From Felis catus (lineage: Eukaryota), in the NCBI RefSeq assembly GCF_018350175.1, contig NC_058368.1, positions 72,666,001 to 72,730,000 of the forward strand: a DNA stretch of 64,000 nt, written 5' to 3'. Below are positions 13,986 to 26,558 of the stretch, piece after piece. The notes beneath the pieces are model-generated. The model worked only from the letters and a program-made list of their open reading frames with translations, ran no database searches and had not been told where the DNA came from. Both the position numbers and the translations under genes were made by a program. Positions within the stretch are counted from its first letter, which is position 1, and every line of letters starts with the position of its first letter.

Positions 13986-15211
13986 ATACATTTCTCTGTA
14001 TAAAGTCATAAATTTGAACATGCAAATTACACACGTTGATTGTTAGAGATAAAGGTTTCATTTGTGTTGACTCCATAAAAGAGGCAATAACTTATCTGGA
14101 CTTGTTTAACTCCCTGTGACATAGGAGAATCCTGAAAGTTTTTATATTTTTCTTTTTTTTCCCTTTGGTATACAATTAATGGTATACGTTTGACTTTTTA
14201 AAAACTATATTCAAGTGAATGTTGACTGTCTAAATAGTCATTTATGAACATAATGGATTAATCCTAATCATGCAGCCATTAGGCAAAATATTTAAAATCT
14301 ATTTCTCCCTCTTCTCTTTCTGTCCTTCTCTCTCTCTCTCCCTCCCTCCGTTCCTCTTTCTCCCTCTCTGGCTGTCTCTGTCTGTCATCTTAATGCAGGC
14401 AATTCTGAAGATACTCACCCAGTCCTGTCCTCTGTCTGAACTTCCATTCCACATTCTCACTGCTTATGGGAGAAAGTAGTGCTAAGCTACTGCATTCTAA
14501 ATATAAGCATTACCAAAATAAAATGTATTGTGGAAATCCTATGAATACTTATGGTTAGTCAAATACAGGTTATTCACAAACTGAACTCAGTCTTAATTAT
14601 CAACTAAGTTAAAATTTCTACAGCAGGTAACCAAGTTCTTACTCTATTTATTCTATGTCTATATATCTATATGTTTGTTCTGATTGAATAGATCAAGTAT
14701 ATCAGATAGGTCTTATGTAAAATACTGAAAGATTGCACTCATGGGCACTATATGAACTTTTATATGTTTCATAACAGAGGAATCTTCTTGAACATGAAGA
14801 CCCCGTAAAGCTCCAACAAACCTTCTATTGTTGGTTCATCAATTTCTTTAAGCTAAGATAAAACATCTGAGCTTACATTCTTTATCAATAAAAAAATCAC
14901 ACCACATATGAAAAAAACATGCAGTGAAAGTCAATCCAGGCCTCGATGAGCATACTATAAACCACCACAGTAATTAGTGATCTAAGGAATATTCCCCAGT
15001 TATTGCCAGCTGGGACCAAAAACACCTTTTAGGTTCCAAACATGTAACAGCCTTACATTTCGGAAAAAATGGCAGCAAAATGTTAAGCTATAGTCTGCCA
15101 GAATTCTTTGTGAAAATAAAGCACTTTTGCTCTTTACCATATCTTAAAAAGAGATTATTTCATCATTACATGATTCAAAACAAACAGTAAAACTATATAA
15201 AACCTAACACA

Positions 15212-15435
15212 GGGGCGCCTGGGTGGCGCAGTCGGTTAAGCGTCCGACTTCAGCCAGGTCACGATCTCGCAGTCCGGGAGTTCGAGCCCCGCATCAGGCT
15301 CTGGGCTGATGGCTCGGAGCCTGGAGCCTGTTTCCGATTCTGTGTCTCCCTCTCTCTCTGCCCCTCCCCCGTTCATGCTCTGTCTCTCTCTGTCCCAAAA
15401 ATAAATAAACGTTGAAAAAAAAATAAAAAAATAAA
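15212..15435 (+). mobile_element. Young feline Can-SINE (SINEC_Fc-like)
   Basis: Near-consensus body; perfect 15-bp TSD ataaaacctaacaca (15197-15211 / 15436-15450). Confidence 0.95.
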
Positions 15436-15631
15436 ATAAAACCTAACACAAACTATTGCACTTAACCATCCTTCCTCTCCCCGCCCCCCAGTAATATGTA
15501 TTTTAATAGGAATTGTTTTAAAACACCAGGTGCTTCCAAAATATTCTTCTAACCGTTTTCTCAACTATAACAATAACCAATTGCAGAAAGGTAGATGAAG
15601 AAGGAATAAAAAAAAATTTCCTCTTAAAGAA

Positions 15632-15632
<1 letters not shown>

Positions 15633-15669
<37 letters not shown>
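15633..15669. repeat. (CA)n microsatellite
   Basis: AC run of about 18 units. Confidence 0.93.
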
Positions 15670-15671
<2 letters not shown>

Positions 15672-16492
15672 CTTAAAAAAAAAAAAGGAAACATGGAAAG
15701 AAATGCAAAATTCCTAATGCTGGATCAAGGATTCATACTAAATTCTCTCAACTGCCAAATTTCTTCATTTTCCTGAATTATTTAATTACTGTAAACTAGA
15801 CAATCAAGGAACACACTTTGGGTGCCTTCTACATATAAATTCTGTGTTGGGACACAAATAACGTGTTGGACATACCTAAGTGAAAAACCACAGATTCTGA
15901 AATGGAAATGACCTTGTAAATGAAAGTTCTTAATTTTGTAAGTATACAACCATACCTAAACTTTGCATAGTACTTTACAAAGTACACAGTACTAGCATGT
16001 ATTTATTGCCTTACTCAAATCACAACTCTAAGAGACAGATATTATAAACCACCATTTCACATATGAAGAAAGCTCAGGTGAGAAGCCTACCCAAGGCTAG
16101 ACAGTAGTTGTTTGACTTGGACTTTCTGAGATCGTTTAAGGAGACTACCTCTACATCACAGAAGTTGATTAAATACTGCCAAGCTATTTAGTGGCATATG
16201 TAAAATTTCAAAACACGTATGCTCTATCATATTACCTTAAGCCAAATTGAAAGGTAAGCAGCAAAAATAATGCCTGCTATATGCCTGAACCTACACATAC
16301 TGAATAAACACAGATGGTGGTTAAATAAGAAAAAAAAATAGCACCATAAGTATTTATACCCAAAATATAGGAATCATGGAAGCAAGGACAAAATAGTCTA
16401 AAACTAGAGTCAAATTTTTCACAGGAAAACCAGTGGTTACCAACTTTTTGTGTGTATTTGTATCTGACATGCTTCCTAAAATGCAAAGTACA

Positions 16493-16693
16493 GGGGCGCC
16501 TGGGTGGCTCAGTTGGTTGAGCCCCCAACTTCAGCTCAGGTCATGATGTCGTGGTTAGTGGGTTCAAGCCCTGCATCAGGCTCTCTGCTGTCAGGGCAAC
16601 AGCCTGGTTTGGATTCTCTGTTTCACTCTGTTTGCACTTCCCCCACTCATGCTCTCATCACTCTCTCAAAAATAAACAAACATTAAAAAAAAA
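16493..16693 (+). mobile_element. Can-SINE, diverged
   Basis: ggggcgcctgggtggctcagttggttgag head and A-rich tail. Confidence 0.9.
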
Positions 16694-16805
16694 TACAATC
16701 TACAGGATTACACACTCATCTGGGAAATCTGATTTAATAAATTGGGTAAGACATAACTCAGTGGTCCCCAAGTTTTGTTGTATGTGAGAATTACTTGGTT
16801 GCTTT

Positions 16806-17025
16806 CTTTTTAAAAAAAAATTTTTTTATGTGTATTTGTTTTTGAGAGAGAGACAGAGCGTGAGTCGGGGAGGGTCAGAAAGAGAAGGAGACACAGAATC
16901 CGAAGCAGGCTCCAGGCTCTGAGGTGTCAGCACAGAGCCTGACACGGGGCTCGAACTCACAAACTGCGAGATCATGACCTGAGCCGAAGTCAGATGCTTA
17001 ACTGACTGAACCACCCAGGCACCCC
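16806..17025 (-). mobile_element. Can-SINE inserted into a MER5-like DNA transposon relic
   Basis: Reverse SINE with 19-bp TSD carrying 2 mismatches (16787-16805 / 17027-17045). Flanks cagtggtccccaag...agaattacttgg and ...taaatcagaatgtcaaggggtagg resemble MER5. Confidence 0.9.
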
Positions 17026-17721
17026 AAGAAGTACCTGGTTGCTTTTAAAGATCCAATGCCCAGACTGTACTCCAGGGTGACTAAATCAGAATGTCAAGGG
17101 GTAGGAACCACACATCGGTATTTTGAAAGTATTTTTCTCAGGGGTTAACTGAGCGTTAGTATTTAAATGTTTCAATTTGAACAAAAATGGGAAAACTTTA
17201 TTCCAAAATATATTCTAATTGTCCTCAATGGGAATTTACCCTAACCCTGTTGTTCACATTCCCCCGCATGAGGCATCTTTGTGACATCACAGCTTTTCTC
17301 AATGCGCGGGAGTTTTGTTCGATTATGTTCTACTTCTCTGAAGAGACCTGGAGCTGGAGGGCTCCCCAGTGATTCCTGTCACTCCTCTCGTTGCTCTGTT
17401 CCATCCTTGACAAAGATTCTGCTCCAGGCACAGTGATTCATCCTGAAGCCTGAGGCCAAAATGTGCATGGAAATCACTTTCCGAAGATTAAAATTCATAT
17501 TTGAAAGAGAAATGGCGGTAGAAATGACGAGGGCTTATGCAAAGAATTTTGGTTGCTTGGCAATCACAGCACCTTCAAAAGAACCCTTCAGAGGTCAAAG
17601 AACTTTTAACCCTTTGCTCTTGTAAGGATCTAAAGTAAACAAACAAAAGGTTGTGGTGCTATGCAAAGCAGACCCCAAATAAAGTCCTGTCATAAATACA
17701 CTTTGGTACAACATGTGCTTT

Positions 17722-18205
17722 CTTTTTTTTTAAATATAATTTATTGTCAAATTGGCTTACACACAGCATCCAGTGCTCATCCCAACAAGTGCCCTCCTCA
17801 ATGCCCATCACCCATTTTTGCCTCTCCCCCACTCCCCCATCCACCCTCAGTTTGCTCTCTGTATTTAAGAGTCTCTTGGGGTTTGCCGCCCTCTCTCTCT
17901 GTTTGTATCTATTTTCCCCCCTCCCTTCCCCCATGGTCTTCTGTTAAGTTTCTCAAGATCCACATATGAGTGAAAACATATGATATCTGTCCTTCTCTGA
18001 CTGACTTATTTCACTCAGCCTAATACCTTCCAGTTCCATCCACGTTGCTGCAAATGGCATGATTTCATTCTTTCTCATCGCCGAGTAGTATTCCATTGTA
18101 TATATAAACCCAGCAATAGCACCACTAGGAATTTACCCAAGGGATACAGGAGTGCTAATGCATAGGGGCACATGTATTCCAATGTGTATAGCAGCACTTT
18201 CAACA
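17722..18205 (-). mobile_element. 5'-truncated feline L1 with 5' inversion
   Basis: Poly-T at 17722, antisense L1 3'UTR/ORF2 end to about 18110, then a sense-oriented ORF2 piece at about 18108-18205. TSD caacatgtgcttt / caacatgagcttt (17709-17721 / 18201-18213). Confidence 0.9.
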
Positions 18206-18906
18206 TGAGCTTTAACGAAGCAAGCAACTCAGGGACAACACAGTTACTCAGAAGGAGAAGTAGCGGCAGGTTGCAAATGATTTCTGCCTCGTTAGCACCC
18301 CCACAGCATTCCCCCCCAAAATGAAGAAGTTGATAAAGAATGCCCAGGCAAAAGTTCCAACGGACATGTATGATTGATGGGTCACAAACTTCTGTTCTCC
18401 AACTGTTCTCAAAGAAGTGTTTTGGGTTTTGTTTTGGGTTTTAACTTGTCTACTCTTAGAGCCAGAGGCAGACACTATTAGGATACCTACGGAGCTTTTG
18501 AAATGATCAGCACAGATGTTCATACCCCTTCTCAGACCAGTTATATCATATTCTCAGGTGATGCAACCAGACAATGATATATTTTTAAAGTTACCCGAGG
18601 GACACCAAGGCTGAAATTCAGTTTTAGATGAACCTGAAAGATATAATACTAATAATGGTATATATCCAGAAGATGTTAACACTTATCTGTTTATCTGTCC
18701 TGTGCATTGTCTGAGGAAATATACAATTTTAAAACAGTATTTCAAAAGCTTTTTACGAACTTTAAATTGAATGCAAAGTTAGGTTCTCTTTGGTTCATTC
18801 TAGCAATAATGGCCTTTGAAATACTATGTGAAATTTAATTTGTAGCCCATATACAAATGTGATCCTGAGAAAAGCTTAGGTTTTTCAATTTAAAGGAAAA
18901 ATTTCA

Positions 18907-19067
18907 GGGGCACCTGGGTGGCTTAGTCACTTAAGCACCCAACTCTTGATCTCTGCTCAGGTCATGATTTCACAGTTCATGGGTACGAGCTCCACATCAG
19001 GGTCTGTGCTGATGGTGCAGAACCTGCTTGGGATTCTGTCTCTCCTTCTCTCAGCTGCTCCCCTGCT

Positions 19068-19111
<44 letters not shown>

Positions 19112-19140
19112 ATATATGAATAAACTTTAAAAAAAATAAA
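18907..19140 (+). mobile_element. Can-SINE with long (CT)n
   Basis: ggggcacctgggtggcttagtc head, (CT)n, A tail. Confidence 0.92.
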
Positions 19141-19904
19141 AAGCTTCAGTATATGGAGAGGATATTTAGAAACAAAGAGAAAGATCAAATGAAGACTCTC
19201 ATAAAAAGGTAAGATTAAAGTAAAATGCAACTATCAGTGCTAGCTACCAGCTGGATAAAGGCCACCGCAAACTGAAAGGTGAGTTCAGGATAGTCTCGAG
19301 AAAGAAAATTTGAATTCAAAGCTTCATCATAGGTTTTGTCTACTGTGTCTTCCCATTGGCTCTCTTCTTGTTTAAACTGAATTCTAGATCCTGCAGTATT
19401 AAAGAAAGCCCTAAGTAAATGACACATCATTTAGAATATCACTCCCTGTGTACAAACTCAAAATGAAGAAATGTATATATTCACTGTAGGGATGCGTTTA
19501 CATAGAGGAGTAAGACAAGAACCTGTTTTCCTGGACAGGGCCGGAAGAAGTCAATTCTACTCAGGAACAACGGCTGATAATGCTTTTCTATCCCCTTAAC
19601 ACTAGTAGTTTAATAAGTACTTGTGATTCAGTAAAGACATTTTTGAGTGAAGCCCACACCTCAGTCTCTCTGGCTAATGAGAAATAAATGTTTGGAAATG
19701 TAAATACCAGCTGAATTAATACCCGTGTAAAGTGGGTACCTGCTATTGCAAATCTGCTTTTATAGAAGAAATAATTACTATATCTGTTTTTAAAAGATGC
19801 TAAATTTATTTTAAATTGTGGAATAATTTACAGTTCCTCTAGCTTATTCTTCAATTCATAAAACTTAATGTGGTCATTTTATATATGTCTTTTAAAAGAC
19901 ATAT

Positions 19905-20260
19905 GGAAGGTATTATGCTGAGTGAAAGAAGTCAGAGAAGGACAGATATCATATGTTTTCACTCACATGTGGATCTTGAGAAACTTAACAGAAGACCATG
20001 GGGGGGGGGGAAATAGATACAAACAGAGAAGGAGGGAGGCAAACCATAAGAGACTCTTAAATACAGAGAGCAAACTGAGGGTGGACAGGGCAGGGGTGGG
20101 GGAGAGGGGAAAATGGGTGATGGGCATTGAGGATGGCATTTGTTGGGATGAGCACTGGGTGTTGTATGTAAGCGATGAACCACAGGAATCTACCCCAAAA
20201 ACCAAGAGCACACTTTCCACACTGTATGTTACCGATTTGACAATAAATTATATTAAAAAA
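19905..20260 (+). mobile_element. 5'-truncated feline L1 3' end
   Basis: tattatgctgagtgaa...agaaggacagatatcatatg, G-rich 3'UTR, caataaa and A tail; TSD core acatatgga (19899-19907 / 20264-20272). Confidence 0.9.
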
Positions 20261-20694
20261 TATACATATGGAGAAGCAATTCCTAATTTCTGATATCTTA
20301 TTTTTGTACTTGAAGGCAACTTTTCCTTATTTCTTAGTTACTTAAAAGAGGTATCTTAAGTGTCAATTATTTAATTTCTGTCACAATGTACAAGTATTTG
20401 TGAGTGTCTGTTCAGTGATGTGCAATAACCCCTATCCACTGATACAATGACGTACCTCCTAGTAAGGTGACCAGATCCCTGATGTAAATAAAGATGTACA
20501 TTCATAAATTTGTGGTTAAAAGATGCACAGAAGGATATTATTGAAGTAATACTGAAAGAAATCACGGGTTTAAGTCAAAGAATTTGACACTTATATTTAA
20601 ATATTTCATGCAAAGTAGCAAACTCAGTGTTTTATACATGTGTAGCAACCAAATAGATAAAACACACAGGTAATAACATACATACAACAGATAA

Positions 20695-20917
20695 TTTTTT
20701 TCTTTTTTTAAAAAATGTTTATTTATTTATTTTGAGAGAGAGAAATAGATAACGATCGGGGAAGGAGCAGAGAGAGAGGAAAACAGAGGATCCCCAAGCA
20801 GGCTCTGAGCTGTCAGTGCAAGGGCCCAATGTGGGGCTTGAACTCACAAAACGTGAGAACATGACCTGAGTGAAACCAAGAGTCAGACACTTAACCGACT
20901 AAGCAACCAGGTGCCCC
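20695..20917 (-). mobile_element. Can-SINE, older subfamily
   Basis: T-rich tail, gagagag, ends ...ccaggtgcccc. Confidence 0.9.
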
Positions 20918-21335
20918 AATAGAGCATTTCTTTTTCTAAAGTGTCTTCTACATTTTTGTTGTTGTTGTTGTAACCTTAACTATTCAAACCTATCTATATC
21001 CAGAAACAATCAAGAATGTGTGCTTTTATGCTTTAATACACATTCTAACCATAGTTTAGTAGTTTAAAGTTTTTTATCTCTAGATAAAAGATGGACTGAC
21101 ACAAAGATATCATTAACAGGGCAACTGTCACCTGGATCTCCTTGTAATAAGGAGTTTATGCTTGCAAGTGTGGAACTGTTTACAATTTCAAGTGTGGGGC
21201 TCAAACAGAAAAGTCCTCCTGGGTAAATATAATGAATTAACTACATTTTCCAGTATGGACACAATGCATCCCATTGGTGTTTGCTATTTCTGCCATTAGT
21301 AATAGTTATCCTTTGATTTAAAACAAAACAGAACA

Positions 21336-21438
21336 GGGGCACCTGGGTGGCTCAGTTGGTTAAGTGTCTGACTCTTGATTTTGGCTCAGGTCATGCCCTG
21401 AATTGGGTTCCATGCTCACAGTGTGGAGCCTGCTTAGG

Positions 21439-21493
<55 letters not shown>

Positions 21494-21570
21494 GCCTCTC
21501 CTCTGCTCTTGCATGCATGCACGTGCACTCTCTCTCTCTCTCTCTCAAAATAAATAGGTAAACATTAAAA
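21336..21570 (+). mobile_element. Can-SINE with internal deletion and long (CT)n
   Basis: ggggcacctgggtggctcag head; about 25 CT units at 21440-21492. Confidence 0.9.
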
Positions 21571-23286
21571 CAAAACAAAGGTCTTATATGACATATACAA
21601 TAAGCACTGTTAACAAAATAACCTTTATGTTATTTTATTTTATTTTTGTCCCTTTGCATGATGTCATTCACTCAAAATACAATGGGAGCATGGGCCACGG
21701 GAAGAGTGGTTTACCAGGAAATACCCCAACAGGCTGTTGATTGAACTGAATAAGATAATCTCATATATTCTTATACTACTTTCAAATAATCAAAGCTCTG
21801 TGTGGATTTTGTTTTCAGAATCTAAGGTGCTTCCCAACTCAAAGAGATTATAAGTAAGCCCACGTTAAGTTACATTTTTAGCTGGTAGATTTGTTACTAT
21901 TAAATGTACATACTATTTACTTTTAAGCATACACAATGCAAAATCCCATCACGTTAAACTCAAACAAATAAGAGTGTCTTCCCACGAAATCATGAAACCT
22001 AGGACTAGTAGCAGATGAGTATTCAGAGAGGGAAAGCTGGGTCCAGTGTTCATTGAGCCTTGGAATGGTAAACTATGTTCCTAGAATTAGTAGGTGGAAA
22101 ATCAATAGTGACCCTGTAGAAACCGCAGGGGGGCCAGCTTCTCAGGACTCCTGCTCCTGTAGGACACACAAACCGCCATTTCTGCCAATTCTCTGAATCA
22201 TGCCTCATACCTTCTCTTGGACCAGTGAATATTTTGATCATCTGAGGGCCCCTGAATCACAAATGCAAGAATTCCTGCTCCAGAACAACTCTGCCTCTCC
22301 TACAACAGACTCCAGAAATGTACTTTTTTGCAGGGGGAAAGAATATTCACTGTAGCCATTTATGTGAACCACCTGATTACTAGCTAGGATATAGCCAAGT
22401 GTGCATATAACTAAATATATACCAATTTTTAAATATTTCAAGTTTTCTTTCATGACGTTAGGATGTGTCTGTGGCAACACAGCTACAGTTTATTGCTTAT
22501 TTGGTGTAGTTTAGGTTTATATCTAAACTTCCCTAGGAACCTCAGATGCAAAGGGGAAAAAAGCAAGCAAGGTCTGTAGGGCGCCAAATTTCCCCTGCAC
22601 TCCCTTCCCATATTCCTCTCTGCCCTCAGCAAACAGGCCTCCGTGATTATCCCACCATTCTCCTCTCATCTTTGTGTATCCTCTTTCTACTCTCCATCTT
22701 AATAACATATCCGGGACTTCGTCTCCCTTCTTGCTTATCAGTGCATTATTACCTATTCTTTTATAAGGGATCCTTTTACAAGGTTAAGCTTCACTTGCCA
22801 ATGTTATTACCTGTGAAATATTAGTTTTACAAATGGCAAATGGAGCTATAAAGATGCTTCTGGACACAGAACCCCGCAGGGAAGGAATACCGATAGCCCC
22901 AGTAGGTCATGCAGGCCCAGAATTGACGGTGGGCGAATAAATGTCAGAACACATCCAGGAAGCCCCAGGGTAAGTGCTACTGGATGACTGGGTAGGAGAT
23001 GTCCAAAGCGCTTAAAGTGGAAAGAAAAGTGCTGTAAAGGAGTGTTATCTCAGCAGGAACAGTAATGGTGCTCATCTCTACACCATGTAAGGAAAAGGAG
23101 GGAGCTGACAAGAGGGAGAGGATGGCAGGCAAGTGGGCACATCTTGACCGATGTGGCTTGAAGTACAATGAGCTTCACTAGGCAGGTCCTACCACATCTT
23201 TAGGCCAAAGTTTTACTTATCCCTATTGCATCATGTGTGCCAATACTCAAGTTAATTACAGAAACAATTTGAAATATAATCATACT

Positions 23287-23417
23287 GAGGGTGACTGCAT
23301 AATATCCTCTAAACTGGGACACCTTTAAGAATGAAAGTGGCGCTATTCATGTTTACACCAAAACCACATGTGTGAACCAGAGCTGTCCCACTCAGACTAA
23401 GACAAATGGCTCTCCTA
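23287..23417 (+). mobile_element. MER94-like non-autonomous hAT DNA transposon
   Basis: agggtgac...aaactgggacacctttaagaatgaaagtggcgctatt...ctgtccc...atggctctccta follows the recalled MER94 consensus, with degenerate TAGGGTGACC terminal inverted repeats. Confidence 0.65.
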
Positions 23418-23685
23418 ATTACTATTCTTCACTATGGATGAGTACAATTGAGGCTTTTAATAACACATCTGTATTCCATACCTCTCATATGCTGGATGTG
23501 CAACAGAGTTGAATCTAAAATGAGAAGTGTTCAGGTTTTAAAATTAGCAAGTAAGGCAGAACTTAAATTTAATCAAAATTATTCTTAAGCACTTTTTAGG
23601 GCTATACCAATTTTGGAGATTAATATACCATTTCTATATATTCAACAGAGGCAGTTTTCCTCCAGCATTAGAACCAGTCACTCTA

Positions 23686-23906
23686 GGGCACCTGGGTGGC
23701 TCAGTCGGTTAAGAGGCCAACTCTTGATTTCGGCTCAGGTCATGATCACACGGTTCATGATACTGAGCCCTGCATCGGGCTCTGCGCTGACAGCATGGAG
23801 CCTGCTTGGGATTCTCTCCTCCCTCTCTCTTAGCCCCTCCCCTGCTCATTTTCAATCTCTCTCTCTCTGTCTCTGAAATAAATAAACATTTAAAAAATAA
23901 AATAAA
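23686..23906 (+). mobile_element. Can-SINE
   Basis: gggcacctgggtggctcagtcggttaag head; TSD core ccagtcactct on both sides. Confidence 0.93.
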
Positions 23907-24809
23907 GCCAGTCACTCTGGTTTTACTTCCTCATTGGGCCTCAGGAGGCTTGCATTTAGGGGCCAAAGTATATTAAAGTTTCCCATTGTTACATATATTG
24001 TACAGGGAATTAGAGTCACTGGACAGATACTCACAATATGAGTGCTCACAGAGCTGAATCTGACAAAAGGAAAGCAGACAAACGTCTCCCATCTACATTC
24101 AGTCTGGGCACATGCTCAAATGTCCCCACGCCACTTGTTAGGATTCCAAGTCCACATGTATGGTGGCCTTTGCTTAAGTTATGTCTAACGTGGTACTACT
24201 CACAAAGTTGAATAACATACACTTGAGTAGTGCAGCTCTAGTTTTAGGAGGAGATAGCACGGTTAAACAAATCTTCATGATAAAATATAATAAGGAACAA
24301 AAGGATTATGTGTCTCGATATAGGGAAAAACTAATTACTTGCTTCTGCAAGTTCAGGGAAGAGGCCCTTTGTCCTAGTCCATGACCAACGAATGGAAGTC
24401 TTCCTGACAGAGAGAATGAATGGCAGCTTGGGGAGGGGAAGGGGTGATACTGAAAGAGTAAATTTATATAAAAAGGAGATCTCTCAAACTCTGTGAGACT
24501 TAAAATAAAAGCATGGGACATAAACATGAAATAAATAATGTCAGTTGTCAACATAATTTTAAAATTATGAGAAAGAAAGAGCCTTCATATGAGACTTAAA
24601 AAATTAACGTATAGTGTCCTATTGTAAAAGCCTGTAATGGATGAGATAGGAAAATAATTTAAAATAAATGAGTGTATAGGGACAATGAATTTCAGAGGTA
24701 TAGCCATTTCAATTATGAAAAACACTCTGTATGTCCCTTTAAGTCTATCCACTACCATTGGTAGTGGACTTTAAGTCTATCCACTACAAATTGAAGCCAT
24801 TAAAATAAA

Positions 24810-24810
<1 letters not shown>

Positions 24811-24866
<56 letters not shown>
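24811..24866. repeat. (TTTC)14 / (GAAA)14 tetranucleotide microsatellite
   Basis: 56 nt of uninterrupted TTTC. Confidence 0.95.
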
Positions 24867-25041
24867 AGAGAGAGAAGTTGGCACATGTGCAGAGGAGAGG
24901 CAGAGGAAGAGAAAGAATCTTAAGCAGGCTTTATGCTCAGGGTGGAGCCCGACACAGGGCTCGATCTCACAACTGTGAGGTCACAACCTCAGCCAAAATC
25001 AAGAGTCAGAAGTCCTACCAATTGAGCCACCCAGGCACCCC
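24811..25041 (-). mobile_element. Can-SINE whose tail is a (TTTC)14 repeat
   Basis: Ends ...gagccacccaggcacccc; TSD taaaataaaa (24801-24810 / 25042-25051). Confidence 0.88.
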
Positions 25042-26371
25042 TAAAATAAAACATTCTTAAAATCATGACAAATAAGCGATAGAAAGAAGATTCTTGCATG
25101 GCTGATGATTATAGATATTTGCTAAAACCAGCAAGACCAGATACATAGAAAGACTGATGTCATCAGTGATTTTGACGTTACATCTACATAGACTCACTGT
25201 CTCCAAAATAGTGTCCTCTGCATTCTCATTCTCACTAAAAGACATCATTCCTTGAAACTGGCTTGAAGAATATGCATGAGAACACTGTCTTCTCTAAGAA
25301 CCTTTTTTGCTTTAGAAGCCTAGTGAATAAAGGACGTATATTTAAAGCCCATTTTATCATTGTAGCCACATATTCACAGGCTCTAAGCCTTTTGTTCAAC
25401 ACATTTCACAGTTCTCTTACCATATGGTTAAGTTACTTTTGTTTTTGAATCTTTGCCTTTGACAGAACAGAATTGCCCATTTAAAAATGTATGGTACTCT
25501 AGACTTAGCATAGGTAGCGCCATTAGGAGTCTCCTCTTTTATAATTTCCAAACATTCAGTGATAAAATGCAATCACTGCATACATTCTCAATGTACATTC
25601 TCATTGACTTTTGCTCTAGGAAGAATGTAGTTTCCCTAAATCACATGCAGCTATTTGCTTGGGAGATATTTCCACGGAGTTGTACAAGTGTACTTGAACA
25701 CACCTTGGCAAGTCCAACAATGAACTCCGAGCATGGAGTTATGATGTTGGAAATCTGCAAGATTGTGCTGTAAGTGCCAGGAGACCAATTTTCAACTCCA
25801 CTGACATTGCAGAAATTAACAGGAATGGATTTAGATCCAGAAGATCTTTCATTTGGGTTGGTTCTCTCTGCATTTGGTACAATAATGGCAAATCCCCATG
25901 ATCTACTTAAAATGCGAACTTCTAGCCTGGAAGGACTTGTCAGATGAGGTACTTATCACCATACATCATCTAGTACTTTGTAAATGCCATGTAAGGACAG
26001 CAATGCAGAAAACAGTCAGCAAATGAAGAAGTGCATTTACAAAGAAAATCCTTATGCAATAAAAAATATGATATTTTAGAGTTTAGTGATATTTTTAAAT
26101 ATCTGTGATATGAAAATTCACTATGGCACTTGGAACTAACACAACCTTAACTGGTGAAAGCAAAGTATCTTTAAAAATGTAATGTTGGTCAAAACTTAGA
26201 CGTTTGTGAGATTTTTCAATAATCATCTTTCAACAGCTTCTCTGGCTTTTTGCATGTAGGAAGCATTTTTAATCCAAGACCTTAAATGTTTGCTGAATAA
26301 ATAGTTATGTGCATACAACTTGCAAAACAACAAATAATGGCTCTAATGTGATATAAAAACTTGGGGAGCCA

Positions 26372-26558
26372 GGGGCACCTGGTTGGCTCAGTTGGATAAG
26401 CGTCCAGTTTGGCCCAGGTCATGATCTCATGGTTCATGAGTTCGAGCCTCACATCAGACTCTCTGCTGTCAGCACAGAGCCTCCTTCAGATCCTCTCTCT
26501 CTCACTCTCTCTGCTTTTCCCCTGCTCACTCTCACAAAAATAATAAATAAATTTTTTT
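26372..26558 (+). mobile_element. Can-SINE
   Basis: Perfect 15-bp TSD aaacttggggagcca (26357-26371 / 26559-26573). Confidence 0.93.

Noticed and set aside
19922..20293. 123-aa ORF and overlapping ORFs (also 17659-17969)
   Set aside because: Chance frames across L1 ORF2 end and 3'UTR fragments.
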